Source: a phage. Taken from it: a DNA stretch of 64,000 nt. The notes beneath the pieces were generated by a model. The model was not told the origin of the DNA. It saw only the letters and a list, made by a program, of their open reading frames with translations, and made no database searches. The stretch lies in sequence record PZ583742.1, one strand, 5' to 3'. Every line of letters starts with the position of its first letter. Position 1 is the stretch's first letter. The position numbers and the translations under genes were made by a program. Of the stretch, positions 36,510 to 45,898 are shown piece by piece.

Positions 36510-37393
36510 ATTTGATTTATAAAATAACCTTTATAACAAGGGAACAAAATAATGAATTCCCTTGTTATTATATTGGTTCAAAGGTTGATACGACATTTAA
36601 TGGCCAAAATATTCTCGATAAAAATAATAAAATTTATACAGGTTCTCCGAATTCAAAATATACTACGCTGTATAATGAATTAATTGATAGCGGTGACTAT
36701 ATTGTTACTATCATTGGGGAAACAAAACAGGACCCAAGGAAAATAGAAAATATTTTTCAAATGTCAGTTAAAGCTGTAACCAATGAGAAATACTTTAATA
36801 AAACGTATGCACACGACAAAAGCCGCTATGATGCTCCTGGATATGCTCCATACCGAAACTTGAAAACGGGTAAAGTTGTTAAATTACATCCATCTGAACT
36901 TACATCTGATTATGTTGGTGTTCGTAAAGATTGTTCAATTTCAGATAAGCACATTCAAGCAATTAAAGACTTCCAAAAAGAATATTGGACTGACGAAGCT
37001 CGACAAGCAAGGTCTGTTGAAGTCAAAAATCGTTATAAAGATGTTGAGTATGCTTTAAAATTCAAAGCTATAATGAATACATCTGAAGTATATGAAAAAT
37101 ATTTAAAATCAATTACTGAATATTGGAATAATTCAGATAATAGAATAAAGGCTTCAAAACGAGCAACCGAACGAAATGCCAACCCTGAATTTAAAGAAAA
37201 ATTTAGGAAATCTAAAGCAAGAGGAACCTGGTTACAGTATGAAGATGAACTTAAAGCATTGTGGAATGCTTTAGGCCAACCAGGGTATATTAAGTTTAGA
37301 AAACACGCCATTGAACATGGGTTTAATGATGAAAACTATCAGGGTGCAATCCGGTCCTGGTCAAATTATTATGTTAATAGGAAAATGAAATGA
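36506..37393 (+). CDS. GIY-YIG-like homing endonuclease (Seg-like), start uncertain
   Basis: From GTG 36506 the N-terminus is NLIYKITFITREQNNEFPCYYIGSK (GIY..YIG-like); basic C-terminal half; inserted between rpbA and 45, which are adjacent in T4; first in-frame ATG is far downstream. Confidence 0.5.
   Translation: MNLIYKITFITREQNNEFPCYYIGSKVDTTFNGQNILDKNNKIYTGSPNSKYTTLYNELIDSGDYIVTIIGETKQDPRKIENIFQMSVKAVTNEKYFNKTYAHDKSRYDAPGYAPYRNLKTGKVVKLHPSELTSDYVGVRKDCSISDKHIQAIKDFQKEYWTDEARQARSVEVKNRYKDVEYALKFKAIMNTSEVYEKYLKSITEYWNNSDNRIKASKRATERNANPEFKEKFRKSKARGTWLQYEDELKALWNALGQPGYIKFRKHAIEHGFNDENYQGAIRSWSNYYVNRKMK
36535..36566 (+). promoter_or_regulatory. perfect 10-bp inverted repeat (hairpin) inside the 5' end of the Seg-like ORF
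   Basis: aacaagggaa (36535-36544) / ttcccttgtt (36557-36566), 12-nt loop. Confidence 0.5.
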
Positions 37394-38085
37394 AATTTAG
37401 TCGTGACACCATCGCAGTTTTGAAAAACTTCACCTCCATCTACTCTGGCATTATGCTTAAACCAGGCAATACCATCCTAACTCGTTCTGTAACTGGAGCG
37501 TCATATGGTGAATCTGAAATCAATGATACAATCGACTTTGAAGCGGCAATTTATGACCTGAACGGCTTCTTAAGTATCCTGGGCCTGGTAACTGACCAAG
37601 CTGAAGTATCTCTGTCTGAAGATGCATCGAATATCATTATCAAAGACCAACGTTCAACGATTCACTGGCCTGCAGCTGACCCGAGCACTATCGTGTTCCC
37701 TGCTAAGAAGATTCCTTTCCCGGTAGCTAAGGTTATCTTCGACCTGAAAGGCAGTGACCTGCAGCAGCTTCTGCGTGTGGCTGGTGGTTTGTCTCTGGAC
37801 ACTTTTGCAATCACCAACAAAGACGGTAAGATTGTTATCCATGGTTATAACCAGCTCGAAGATAAAGAATTAGCGCGTCCATTGTATTCCCTGGTGTGTG
37901 GCGATTACGAAGGCGATGCAGCGTTTAAATTTATCATTAACAAACTGAATATGAAAATGATTCCGGCTGATTACCGTGTTATGCTTTGGGCGAAAGATGA
38001 TAAATTTGCTACGAAGTTTGAAGGCACACAAGCAAGCTATGTGATTGCAATGGAACAAGGCTCTAGCCACGAATTCCAAGATTAA
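37390..38085 (+). CDS. 45: sliding clamp gp45
   Basis: MKFSRDTIAVLKNFTSIYSGIMLK..IHWPAADPSTIVFPAKKIPFPVA..DLQQLLRV..MLWAK matches T4 gp45. Confidence 0.93.
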   Translation: MKFSRDTIAVLKNFTSIYSGIMLKPGNTILTRSVTGASYGESEINDTIDFEAAIYDLNGFLSILGLVTDQAEVSLSEDASNIIIKDQRSTIHWPAADPSTIVFPAKKIPFPVAKVIFDLKGSDLQQLLRVAGGLSLDTFAITNKDGKIVIHGYNQLEDKELARPLYSLVCGDYEGDAAFKFIINKLNMKMIPADYRVMLWAKDDKFATKFEGTQASYVIAMEQGSSHEFQD

Positions 38086-38090
38086 TAAAT

Positions 38091-38104
38091 GGGGCTTCGG
38101 CCCC
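38091..38104 (+). other. UUCG-tetraloop hairpin between genes 45 and 44 (no T-run; possible RNA processing/stability element)
   Basis: ggggc-ttcg-gcccc without following U-tract. Confidence 0.4.
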
Positions 38105-38143
38105 ATGGAGTACAAAGTAGAAACTAATATGAGGAAAATAATA

Positions 38144-39121
38144 ATGGCAACAGTAATTAACGGTTTGACAGTCAATGAATCCGACTTCATGTGGGAACAA
38201 AAATATCGCCCAGGTACATTATCAGAGTGTATTCTCCCGGCCCATGATAAAGAAACATTAGAGGCGATTGTTAAAAAAGGTTTGATTCCTAACTTGATTC
38301 TGGTCAGTAGTTCCCCTGGTACTGGTAAGACAACAGTTGCAAAAGCTATGTGTGCAGATACGAATTCTGATATGCTGTTTGTTAACGGCTCCGATTGCCG
38401 AATTGACTTTGTGCGTAATGAATTGACTCGCTTTGCATCATCCAAATCAATCGAAGGTCGCCGCAAGGTAATCGTTATCGATGAGTTCGACCGTGCAGGT
38501 CTGGCTGAATCACAACGGCACCTCCGTAGCTTTATGGAAGCTTATTCGAGTAACTGTTCAATCATTATGACCGCGAACAATATCGATGGTATCATCACTC
38601 CGTTGCAGTCTCGTTGTCGCGTCATTAAATTCGGTGAAGCAACTCCGGCTGACCAGACTACCATGATGAAAGAGATGATTCATCGTGCAGTCGCGGTATG
38701 TAAAAACGAAGGCGTTGAAATCGAAGACCTGAAAGTTGTTGCTGCTCTGGTTAAGCATAACTTCCCGGACCTGCGTAAGACAATTAACGAGCTTGACCGT
38801 TACTCTGCAAAGGGTGTTATCGATTCTGGTATTCTGAGTATCGTGACAAACAATCGCACACCAATTGATGATGTGATTGATGCCCTTAAGGACCGTAACT
38901 TTAAAGTTCTCCGTGGCTTGGCTCCTAAGCATGCAAATGATTATTCAAGCTTCATTGCAAAGCTGGCTGATGAAATGTATGGCAAACTGACTGGTGCAAG
39001 TATCATCCGCATGTATGAGATTGTAGGTGAGAATAATCAGTATCATGGCATTGCGGCCAATACCGAAGTACACTTGACTTATCTGTTTGCTCAACTGGCT
39101 GGGGAAATGAAATGGCTGTAA
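38144..39121 (+). CDS. 44: clamp loader large subunit gp44 (AAA+ ATPase)
   Basis: EQKYRPGTLSECILPA..SPGTGKTTVAKA..VIVIDEFDR..SRCRVIKFG..YEIVGENNQYHGIAANTE matches T4 gp44. Confidence 0.93.
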   Translation: MATVINGLTVNESDFMWEQKYRPGTLSECILPAHDKETLEAIVKKGLIPNLILVSSSPGTGKTTVAKAMCADTNSDMLFVNGSDCRIDFVRNELTRFASSKSIEGRRKVIVIDEFDRAGLAESQRHLRSFMEAYSSNCSIIMTANNIDGIITPLQSRCRVIKFGEATPADQTTMMKEMIHRAVAVCKNEGVEIEDLKVVAALVKHNFPDLRKTINELDRYSAKGVIDSGILSIVTNNRTPIDDVIDALKDRNFKVLRGLAPKHANDYSSFIAKLADEMYGKLTGASIIRMYEIVGENNQYHGIAANTEVHLTYLFAQLAGEMKWL

Positions 39122-39690
39122 GTCTCTTTGATGATGACGTTCAATTAAACGAACATGAGGTTGCGTGGAAATCACGCGACTTTAACAAAATTCAGGAATT
39201 GTCCGATTCATACAAAGAGAAAGCAGAAAATGAATTGTTCGCGATTCTTAACGACATAACCGTTAGCAAAAAACCACGGAACCTTATTCAATCAGAAAAC
39301 TACAATAAATTCTGGCTGGATAACGCATTGAGTCAACATGTTGATTGCATCATGCAGGTGAACGTGATGAACTTAATCGGTTCCGGGTTAACAGACCAGC
39401 AGCATTATAATTATTTGTTGCATGCAGTTCCACAAGGCAAGCGTTATGGCAAATGGGCCAAGGCTGAACCGGATGTAGTCAACGTCCAGCTTGTGTTAAA
39501 GCTTTTGATGAAATATTATACAATTAATGCAGATGATGCTTTGATGTATATGGAAACATTGAAAGTCAAAGGTAGTCTTAAAGATGTTTTGAAAAAGACA
39601 AAAGGTCTGGTAACGGATGAATTCTTAAAGACCGTTACCAGTAATGTGAAAGAACAAAAAGAAATTAAAAAACAAATATTGGAATGGTAA
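39112..39690 (+). CDS. 62: clamp loader small subunit gp62
   Basis: 192 aa ORF overlapping gene 44 stop, position between 44 and regA as in T4. Confidence 0.75.
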   Translation: MAVSLFDDDVQLNEHEVAWKSRDFNKIQELSDSYKEKAENELFAILNDITVSKKPRNLIQSENYNKFWLDNALSQHVDCIMQVNVMNLIGSGLTDQQHYNYLLHAVPQGKRYGKWAKAEPDVVNVQLVLKLLMKYYTINADDALMYMETLKVKGSLKDVLKKTKGLVTDEFLKTVTSNVKEQKEIKKQILEW

Positions 39691-39691
39691 A

Positions 39692-40060
39692 ATGATTGAA
39701 ATTACATTAAAGCAACCTGAAGACTTCCTGAAAGTTAAAGAAACTCTGACCCGTATGGGCATCGCAAATAATAAAGACCGTGTACTGTACCAGAGCTGCC
39801 ACATCCTCCAAAAGCAAGGTCGTTACTATATTGTTCACTTCAAAGAAATGCTGCGCATGGATGGTCGTCAGGTGGATATTGACGGCGAAGACTATCAGCG
39901 CCGTGATTCCATTGCTCAACTGCTCGAAGACTGGGGCTTAATTGCTATCAAAGAAGAAGAGCATAATGAATTGTTCGCAGTAACAAACAACTTCCGTGTT
40001 ATCTCATTCAAACAAAAAGACGACTGGAAGCTCGTAGCCAAATATACAATTGGTAATTGA
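39692..40060 (+). CDS. regA: translational repressor RegA
   Basis: MIEITLKQPEDFLKVKETLTRMGIANNKDR.LYQSCHILQK.G.YYIVHFKEML matches T4 RegA. Confidence 0.92.
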   Translation: MIEITLKQPEDFLKVKETLTRMGIANNKDRVLYQSCHILQKQGRYYIVHFKEMLRMDGRQVDIDGEDYQRRDSIAQLLEDWGLIAIKEEEHNELFAVTNNFRVISFKQKDDWKLVAKYTIGN

Positions 40061-40277
40061 TATGAAGCATGAAATTGAAACATGTGAACGCCTTAAAGAA
40101 GTATACGGACTTTCCCCAACTCAAACTATTTTTGACCTTTCCGAAGAACTTCAAATAGAATTTCAAAAGGAACTCAATAAATTATTGCATCCTGGTCAGA
40201 GAGTCTTCCAGGCTATGGTTAGAACTAAAGATGAAAATGGTAATCCGACTATCGAACGTCGTACAATAGAAATTTAA
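40050..40277 (+). CDS. small hypothetical protein
   Basis: 75 aa ORF between regA and 43; followed by UUCG-loop terminator. Confidence 0.4.
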   Translation: MVIDMKHEIETCERLKEVYGLSPTQTIFDLSEELQIEFQKELNKLLHPGQRVFQAMVRTKDENGNPTIERRTIEI

Positions 40278-40282
40278 AGCAA

Positions 40283-40301
40283 AGGGACTTCGGTCCCTTT
40301 T
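40283..40301 (+). terminator. rho-independent terminator upstream of gene 43
   Basis: agggac-ttcg-gtccct followed by TTTT. Confidence 0.6.
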
Positions 40302-40362
40302 GTAGTATAATAGCGTCAAGTCATAAAACAAAAGTCAATCACTCGACTATAAAGGAAACCAA

Positions 40363-43077
40363 ATGCAAGAATTTTATTTAACTATCGAACAAATCGGTGA
40401 CAATCTGCTTGAACGATACATTGACAAGAACGGTCATGAACGTGTTCGTGAAATCCCTTATGCTCCATGCTTGTTTATGCACGCCCGGGAAGGCCAGGCT
40501 GCAAAGTATACAGACATCTATAATAAAGGTTGTGTGAAAAAAGAATTCGATTCCATGCGTGATGCATCCCAGTGGATGAAGCGAATGAATGACATGGGCC
40601 TCGAAGTTATGGGTATGGATGACTTTAAACTCGCATACTTGTCCGACCGTTACCCACACGAAATCAAATATGATTCAAGTAAAATCCGTGTTGCTAACTT
40701 CGATATCGAGGTGACATCTCCTGATGGGTTCCCTGAACCGTCTGAAGCACGTCACCCTATTGATGCCCTGACGCACTATGATTCGGTAGACGATAAATTC
40801 TATGTCTTTGACCTTTTGGGCTCACCATACGCCACTGTGGAGCAATGGTCTATTGATATTGCTGCTAAGCTGCAGGAAGACGGTGGTGATGAAGTCCCTG
40901 AAGAAATCCTGGAAAAAATTGTTTATATGGCTTTCGATTCAGAAGAAGAAATGCTCCAGCAGTATTTGGTATTCTGGAACGAGAAAACTCCGGTTATGTT
41001 AACCGGTTGGAACATCGAGAAGTTTGATATTCCATATATCTACAACCGTCTTAAAAATGTATTTGGTGAAGCTACGGCAAAACGTCTGAGCCCACATCGT
41101 CGTACAAAAGTTAAGGTCATTAACAACGGCTTTGGTGAAGAACAAGAAATCATTCAGATTCTGGGTATCTCTGTTCTGGATTATCTGGACCTGTATAAAA
41201 AGTTCAGCTTCACAAACCAACCGTCTTATTCGTTGGATTATGTTGCGGAATCTGAACTGGGTGTTGGTAAACTCCCGTATGATGGTCCGATTTCTAAACT
41301 GCGTGAATCAAATCACCAGCGGTATATTTCTTATAACATCATCGACGTTTATCGTGTTGTGCAGATTGACCGTAAGCGGCAGTTTATTAACCTGAGTCAG
41401 TCAATGGGTTATTACGCAAAAATGCAGATTCAGTCTGTATTCAGCCCAATCAAAACTTGGGATGCGATTATCTTTAACAGCCTGAAGACTCAAAACAAAG
41501 TCATTCCGGAAACCAAATCGCATGTTCGTCAATCGTTCCCTGGTGCATTTGTTAAGGAACCTATTCCGAACGCGTACAAATATGTGATGAGCTGTGACTT
41601 AACATCTCTGTATCCAAGCATCATCCGACAGATTAATATCAGTCCAGAAACGATTGCCGGTTCATTTGCCCCAGCGCCGATGTATGAATACATCGCAGGA
41701 ACTGCTGACCGTCCATCTGATACATTTAGTTGTGCTCCAAATGGTATGATGTATTTTAAAGATGTTGCGGGTATTATTCCGACAGAAGTCACCAAGGTGT
41801 TTAATCAGCGTAAAGAGCACAAAGGCTATATGCTTGCGGCTCAACGTAATGGTGAACTGATTAAGGAAGCTCTGCGTAATCCAGGAACTGGCACAACCGA
41901 ACCAGAAGTTGATTATCGTCATGACTTTGATGACAATATGAAAACGGCCCTGCATGGTCTGAATCAAACAGTCCTGAATGGTATGTTGTACAAAGCGCAG
42001 ATGGAAGAAGTTGCAGGCATGACCGCACAGATTAACCGTAAACTGCTTATCAACAGTTGTTATGGCGCTCTGGGCAATATCTGGTTCCGTTACTTTGACC
42101 TGCGAAATGCAACCGCGATTACATCTTTCGGACAACTTGCATTGCAGTGGATTGAGCGTAAAGTTAACGAATACTTCGATAGTGTCTGTGGGACAAGCGG
42201 CGAAACTTATGTGTTCTATGGCGATACTGACTCCATTTATATCCAGTGCGATAACCTGATTAAAAAGGTTGGTGGCGAATCTAAATTCCGTGATACAAAC
42301 CACCTGGTTGACTTCATGGACAAGTTTGCGAAAGACCGTCTGGAACCGGCAATCGATAAAGCTTTCCGTGAGCTGGCTGAATACATGAACAACAAACAGC
42401 ACCTTATGTTTATGGACCGTGAAGCGATTGCATGTCCTCCGCTGGGTTCTAAGGGTGTGGGTGGATTCTGGACGGCGAAGAAGCGTTATGCACTGAACGT
42501 GTACGATATGGAAGGCACACGATATGCTGTTCCGAAATTGAAAATCATGGGTCTGGAAACTCAAAAGTCGAGTACTCCAAAGGCATGTCAGAAAGCTCTG
42601 AAAGAATGTATCCGCCGTATGCTGCAAGAAGGTGAAGAATCTCTGCAGACATACTTCAAGGAATTCAATAAGGAATTTAATGAGCTTAACTACATGACCA
42701 TCGCAGGTGTATCATCGGTTAACAACATCCAGAAATATAATGAAGGCGGTTTCCCTGGATTTAAGTGCCCGGCTCATATCAAAGGTGTGCTTGCATATAT
42801 GCGTGCAACTAAAGGTCTGAAGACTGTTCCACAAATCATGGAAGGGGAAAAGGTGTATGTACTTCCTCTTAAAGTCGGTAACCCGTTTGGTGAAACCGTG
42901 ATTGCATGGCCATCTGGGATTGAACTCCCGATTGAAATCCGTGACCAGGTTCTGCAGTGGATGGACTACAACATACTGTTCCAGAAGACTTTTGTTAAGC
43001 CATTAACAGGTTTCTCTGAAGCTGCAAAGGTTGATTACGAAAAGAAAGCAACTCTTTTTGATATGTTTGACTTTTAA
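40363..43077 (+). CDS. 43: DNA polymerase gp43 (family B)
   Basis: 904 aa; N-terminal EFY..IE..G.N..ERYID.NG.ER.RE; exo motifs VANFDIEVT, YNIIDV; polymerase motifs SLYPSII, KLLINSCYGALG, YGDTDS. Confidence 0.97.
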   Translation: MQEFYLTIEQIGDNLLERYIDKNGHERVREIPYAPCLFMHAREGQAAKYTDIYNKGCVKKEFDSMRDASQWMKRMNDMGLEVMGMDDFKLAYLSDRYPHEIKYDSSKIRVANFDIEVTSPDGFPEPSEARHPIDALTHYDSVDDKFYVFDLLGSPYATVEQWSIDIAAKLQEDGGDEVPEEILEKIVYMAFDSEEEMLQQYLVFWNEKTPVMLTGWNIEKFDIPYIYNRLKNVFGEATAKRLSPHRRTKVKVINNGFGEEQEIIQILGISVLDYLDLYKKFSFTNQPSYSLDYVAESELGVGKLPYDGPISKLRESNHQRYISYNIIDVYRVVQIDRKRQFINLSQSMGYYAKMQIQSVFSPIKTWDAIIFNSLKTQNKVIPETKSHVRQSFPGAFVKEPIPNAYKYVMSCDLTSLYPSIIRQINISPETIAGSFAPAPMYEYIAGTADRPSDTFSCAPNGMMYFKDVAGIIPTEVTKVFNQRKEHKGYMLAAQRNGELIKEALRNPGTGTTEPEVDYRHDFDDNMKTALHGLNQTVLNGMLYKAQMEEVAGMTAQINRKLLINSCYGALGNIWFRYFDLRNATAITSFGQLALQWIERKVNEYFDSVCGTSGETYVFYGDTDSIYIQCDNLIKKVGGESKFRDTNHLVDFMDKFAKDRLEPAIDKAFRELAEYMNNKQHLMFMDREAIACPPLGSKGVGGFWTAKKRYALNVYDMEGTRYAVPKLKIMGLETQKSSTPKACQKALKECIRRMLQEGEESLQTYFKEFNKEFNELNYMTIAGVSSVNNIQKYNEGGFPGFKCPAHIKGVLAYMRATKGLKTVPQIMEGEKVYVLPLKVGNPFGETVIAWPSGIELPIEIRDQVLQWMDYNILFQKTFVKPLTGFSEAAKVDYEKKATLFDMFDF

Positions 43078-43146
43078 GTGTTTACAACGGCAATGGATTG
43101 CCGTATGATTACCTCATCAACTGATGAATAACTTAAGGATATTAAA

Positions 43147-43389
43147 ATGGAAACATTAATTGCGGGTACTGTTGTTCTTGGTGCGGGTTCTTTCTTCCTG
43201 GCTGCACTGGCATATTTTCTGCCGTGGATTATCGCGCTGCTGCGTGGTACCAAAAGTAATTGTGGAATCTTCTTTGTTAACCTCCTGTTAGGTTGGACAA
43301 TGGTCGGATGGTTTATTGCATTTATCTGGGCACTCGTTGCTGAACGTAAATCAAACGCACAAGTAATTATCATCAAGGAAGCAAAATGA
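43147..43389 (+). CDS. imm: Imm-like small membrane protein
   Basis: 80 aa, two TM helices; immediately downstream of gene 43 as T4 imm. Confidence 0.5.
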   Translation: METLIAGTVVLGAGSFFLAALAYFLPWIIALLRGTKSNCGIFFVNLLLGWTMVGWFIAFIWALVAERKSNAQVIIIKEAK

Positions 43390-43529
43390 AGATAATTACA
43401 ATTATTGTACTGATTGCATTTTTTAGTATGTCAATCTATTGGGCAATAATGACTCCGCATATGATTCCAACTTTAATTTTGGGTTGGGTATTTTTGGGGC
43501 TCCAAGCCCGCTATGAATGTTTTAATTGA
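43386..43529 (+). CDS. small membrane peptide (47 aa)
   Basis: ATG overlaps upstream stop; hydrophobic. Confidence 0.3.
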   Translation: MKIITIIVLIAFFSMSIYWAIMTPHMIPTLILGWVFLGLQARYECFN

Positions 43530-43539
43530 GGAAAATACA

Positions 43540-44043
43540 ATGAAAAAGTTAGCTATCGCAGCTGTTATGCTGCTATCTGGTTGTGCTTACCAGGGTGATG
43601 TTGTTAATGCCAACGAGATTGGTAAAGCGCGAATTGCTGCAGACCGTCAGGTGCATAATGGTTCCTTTGATTTCAAAGGCGGTACTGGACTTATCTACAA
43701 ACGCGACAACAATCAATGTGGAAACAACTGCGCGAAATATGCTCAACAAGAAATTGAGTACAAACGCGAGCAAGCTGCGAAGCATGACGAAATCATTGCC
43801 AAGCTGGAAGCAGAAACTAAGCGACAAAATGACCTGGATACTGTTAACCAGATTTCACAGGTCTGCATGTCATATATCAATATGCAGATAAACATCATGC
43901 GCGCAGAAGCTTATCAGGCAGCGGAGACGGGTTCTCCAAAAGCTAATGAGTACCGCGATATGTATCAGCGTTCTGCTCAAAACCGTCTGAGCTATATTAA
44001 TAAATGTGTGGCTAAAGAGAAAGCACGCCAAGGTATTAACTGA
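43540..44043 (+). CDS. lipoprotein with coiled-coil region
   Basis: ATG 43540 after GAGGAAAA; signal peptide plus lipobox MKKLAIAAVMLLSGC; occupies the T4 42/beta-gt slot. Confidence 0.6.
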   Translation: MKKLAIAAVMLLSGCAYQGDVVNANEIGKARIAADRQVHNGSFDFKGGTGLIYKRDNNQCGNNCAKYAQQEIEYKREQAAKHDEIIAKLEAETKRQNDLDTVNQISQVCMSYINMQINIMRAEAYQAAETGSPKANEYRDMYQRSAQNRLSYINKCVAKEKARQGIN

Positions 44044-44150
44044 TGTTATTATTACTTCTGATTGTTGTAACAGTAATTGGTTTGTTGCTATTAGAAAAGC
44101 GTAATAAGCATTTGAATGAAGAAAACTGGAAACGTGGTAACGTTTACTAA
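44043..44150 (+). CDS. small membrane peptide (35 aa)
   Basis: ATG overlaps lipoprotein stop (TGATG); hydrophobic N-terminus. Confidence 0.25.
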   Translation: MLLLLLIVVTVIGLLLLEKRNKHLNEENWKRGNVY

Positions 44151-44177
44151 ATTGCTCTGAACTGCGAGAAGAATATT

Positions 44178-44306
44178 ATGATTGGTATGTTATTGATTAG
44201 CCTATGGCTGTTGTCTGCATTTGGTATTGGGTTTATGTACTGGTGGGACAAACGTCAGACCCGGAAGATTGTTGAACGTGCAATTAATCGTGGATTCAAT
44301 CGTTAA
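44178..44306 (+). CDS. small membrane peptide (42 aa)
   Basis: ATG 44178; TM segment LLISLWLLSAFGIGFMYWW. Confidence 0.3.
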   Translation: MIGMLLISLWLLSAFGIGFMYWWDKRQTRKIVERAINRGFNR

Positions 44307-44385
44307 TTGCTCTAAAAATACAGTGATATAATTATCCTATCTTAAACCTGTGAGAAAAATATAATGGTGCCTATGGAAAAAATGA

Positions 44386-45564
44386 ATGTCTATTGCAGAT
44401 TTGAAATCCCGTTTGATTAAAGCTTCTACATCCAAAATGACCGCGACTCTTACCAAGTCCAAGTTTTTTAATGATAAAGATGTAGTTCGTACAAAAATCC
44501 CGATGCTGAACATTGCAATCAGCGGTGCACTAGATGGTGGTATGCAGTCAGGTTTGACTATTTTTGCTGGTCCGTCAAAACACTTTAAATCCAATATGGG
44601 TTTAACGATGGTCTCTGCATATATGAACAAATACCCCGATGCAATCTGTTTGTTCTATGATTCAGAATTTGGTATCACAGAAGCCTATCTTCGTGCAATG
44701 AAAGTTGACCCGGAACGTGTTATCCACACACCAATCCAGTCGGTTGAACAATTGAAAGTTGATATGGTTAACCAGCTTGAAGCAATTGAGCGTGGTGAAA
44801 AAGTCATTATCTTTATTGACTCAATCGGTAACATGGCATCGAAAAAAGAAACAGAAGATGCGATGAACGAAAAAGTCGTTGGCGATATGACTCGTGCTAA
44901 ATCCCTGAAATCTCTGTTCCGTATTGTTACCCCGTATTTTAGTATCAAGGATATTCCTTGTGTCGCGGTTAACCATACAATCGAGACGATTGAGATGTAT
45001 AGCAAAACCGTTATGACCGGTGGCACAGGTGTTATGTATTCCGCGGACACCGTATTCATTATCGGCAAACGTCAGATTAAAGAAACTGGTAAAGAACTTG
45101 AAGGCTTCCAATTTGTTCTGAACGCCGAAAAATCTCGTATGGTCAAAGAGAAAAGTAAATTCTTCATTGATGTAAAATTCGATGGCGGTATTGACCCGTA
45201 TTCTGGCCTGCTTGATATGGCAATGGAAATCGGATTTGTGGTGAAACCAAAAGTTGGTTGGTATAACCGTGAATATCTTGATGTTGAGACCGGTGAAATG
45301 GTCCGCGAAGAAAAATCATGGCGCGCAAAAGATACTAACTGCACCGAATTCTGGGGCCCATTGTTCAAACACGAACCTTTCCGTGACGCAATCAAACGCC
45401 ATTACCAACTGGGTGCAATCGATAGCAATGCTGTTGTTGATGCCGAAGTTGATGCGCTTATTGCCTCCAAGGTTGAAAAATACACTGCTCCTGAAGGTAA
45501 GACAAAACCGTCTGCTGCAGATATTGAAAACGATTTAGATATGATGGAAGACCTTGATGAATGA
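44386..45564 (+). CDS. uvsX: recombinase UvsX (RecA-like)
   Basis: DLKSRLIKASTSK.TA.LT.SKFFN.KDVVRTKIPM.NIA.SG..GGMQSGL..AGPSK.FKSN.GLTMVS.YM..YPDA.CLFYDSEFGIT is near-identical to T4 UvsX. Confidence 0.96.
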   Translation: MSIADLKSRLIKASTSKMTATLTKSKFFNDKDVVRTKIPMLNIAISGALDGGMQSGLTIFAGPSKHFKSNMGLTMVSAYMNKYPDAICLFYDSEFGITEAYLRAMKVDPERVIHTPIQSVEQLKVDMVNQLEAIERGEKVIIFIDSIGNMASKKETEDAMNEKVVGDMTRAKSLKSLFRIVTPYFSIKDIPCVAVNHTIETIEMYSKTVMTGGTGVMYSADTVFIIGKRQIKETGKELEGFQFVLNAEKSRMVKEKSKFFIDVKFDGGIDPYSGLLDMAMEIGFVVKPKVGWYNREYLDVETGEMVREEKSWRAKDTNCTEFWGPLFKHEPFRDAIKRHYQLGAIDSNAVVDAEVDALIASKVEKYTAPEGKTKPSAADIENDLDMMEDLDE

Positions 45565-45898
45565 TATCGATTTATCTGATTTAGATAATTTCGAGAAAGA
45601 TGCGGAGGGAGCTAAGGCTCCTTCTGTACCTTACTACGAAAAAAGTTTGGAGATTATCCGGCAATCCATGGGAACTGTACGACAGGAAATTCTGTTATCA
45701 CTCCCTGATGGGTCCAGTCACATTGTGTACGTAACCGGAATTAAAATTGAACCATCTGGAAAAGTTTCAGTTGATTTCGGCACCCCTTCTGAAGACCGCA
45801 AAGCGGAGCTTGCAGTGCATGTAGAAAAGTGTGTTACAATGCAAATACAAGATGAAATTGATAAGATTAAAATGAAAAAGAGGTGGTGGAAGTGGTAG
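45554..45898 (+). CDS. 40: gp40-like protein
   Basis: 114 aa ORF between uvsX and 41 as T4 gene 40; overlaps both neighbours. Confidence 0.55.
   Translation: MMNDIDLSDLDNFEKDAEGAKAPSVPYYEKSLEIIRQSMGTVRQEILLSLPDGSSHIVYVTGIKIEPSGKVSVDFGTPSEDRKAELAVHVEKCVTMQIQDEIDKIKMKKRWWKW

Noticed and set aside
41662-42627. 321-aa minus-strand ORF antisense to DNA polymerase gene 43, and similar antisense ORFs inside genes 46, 45, 44, 41 and 61 (for example 35573..36046, 37870..38466, 46436..46768, 50828..51256)
   Set aside because: They lie wholly inside strongly supported conserved genes on the opposite strand and lack RBS context; they are expected by-products of AT-rich codon usage.
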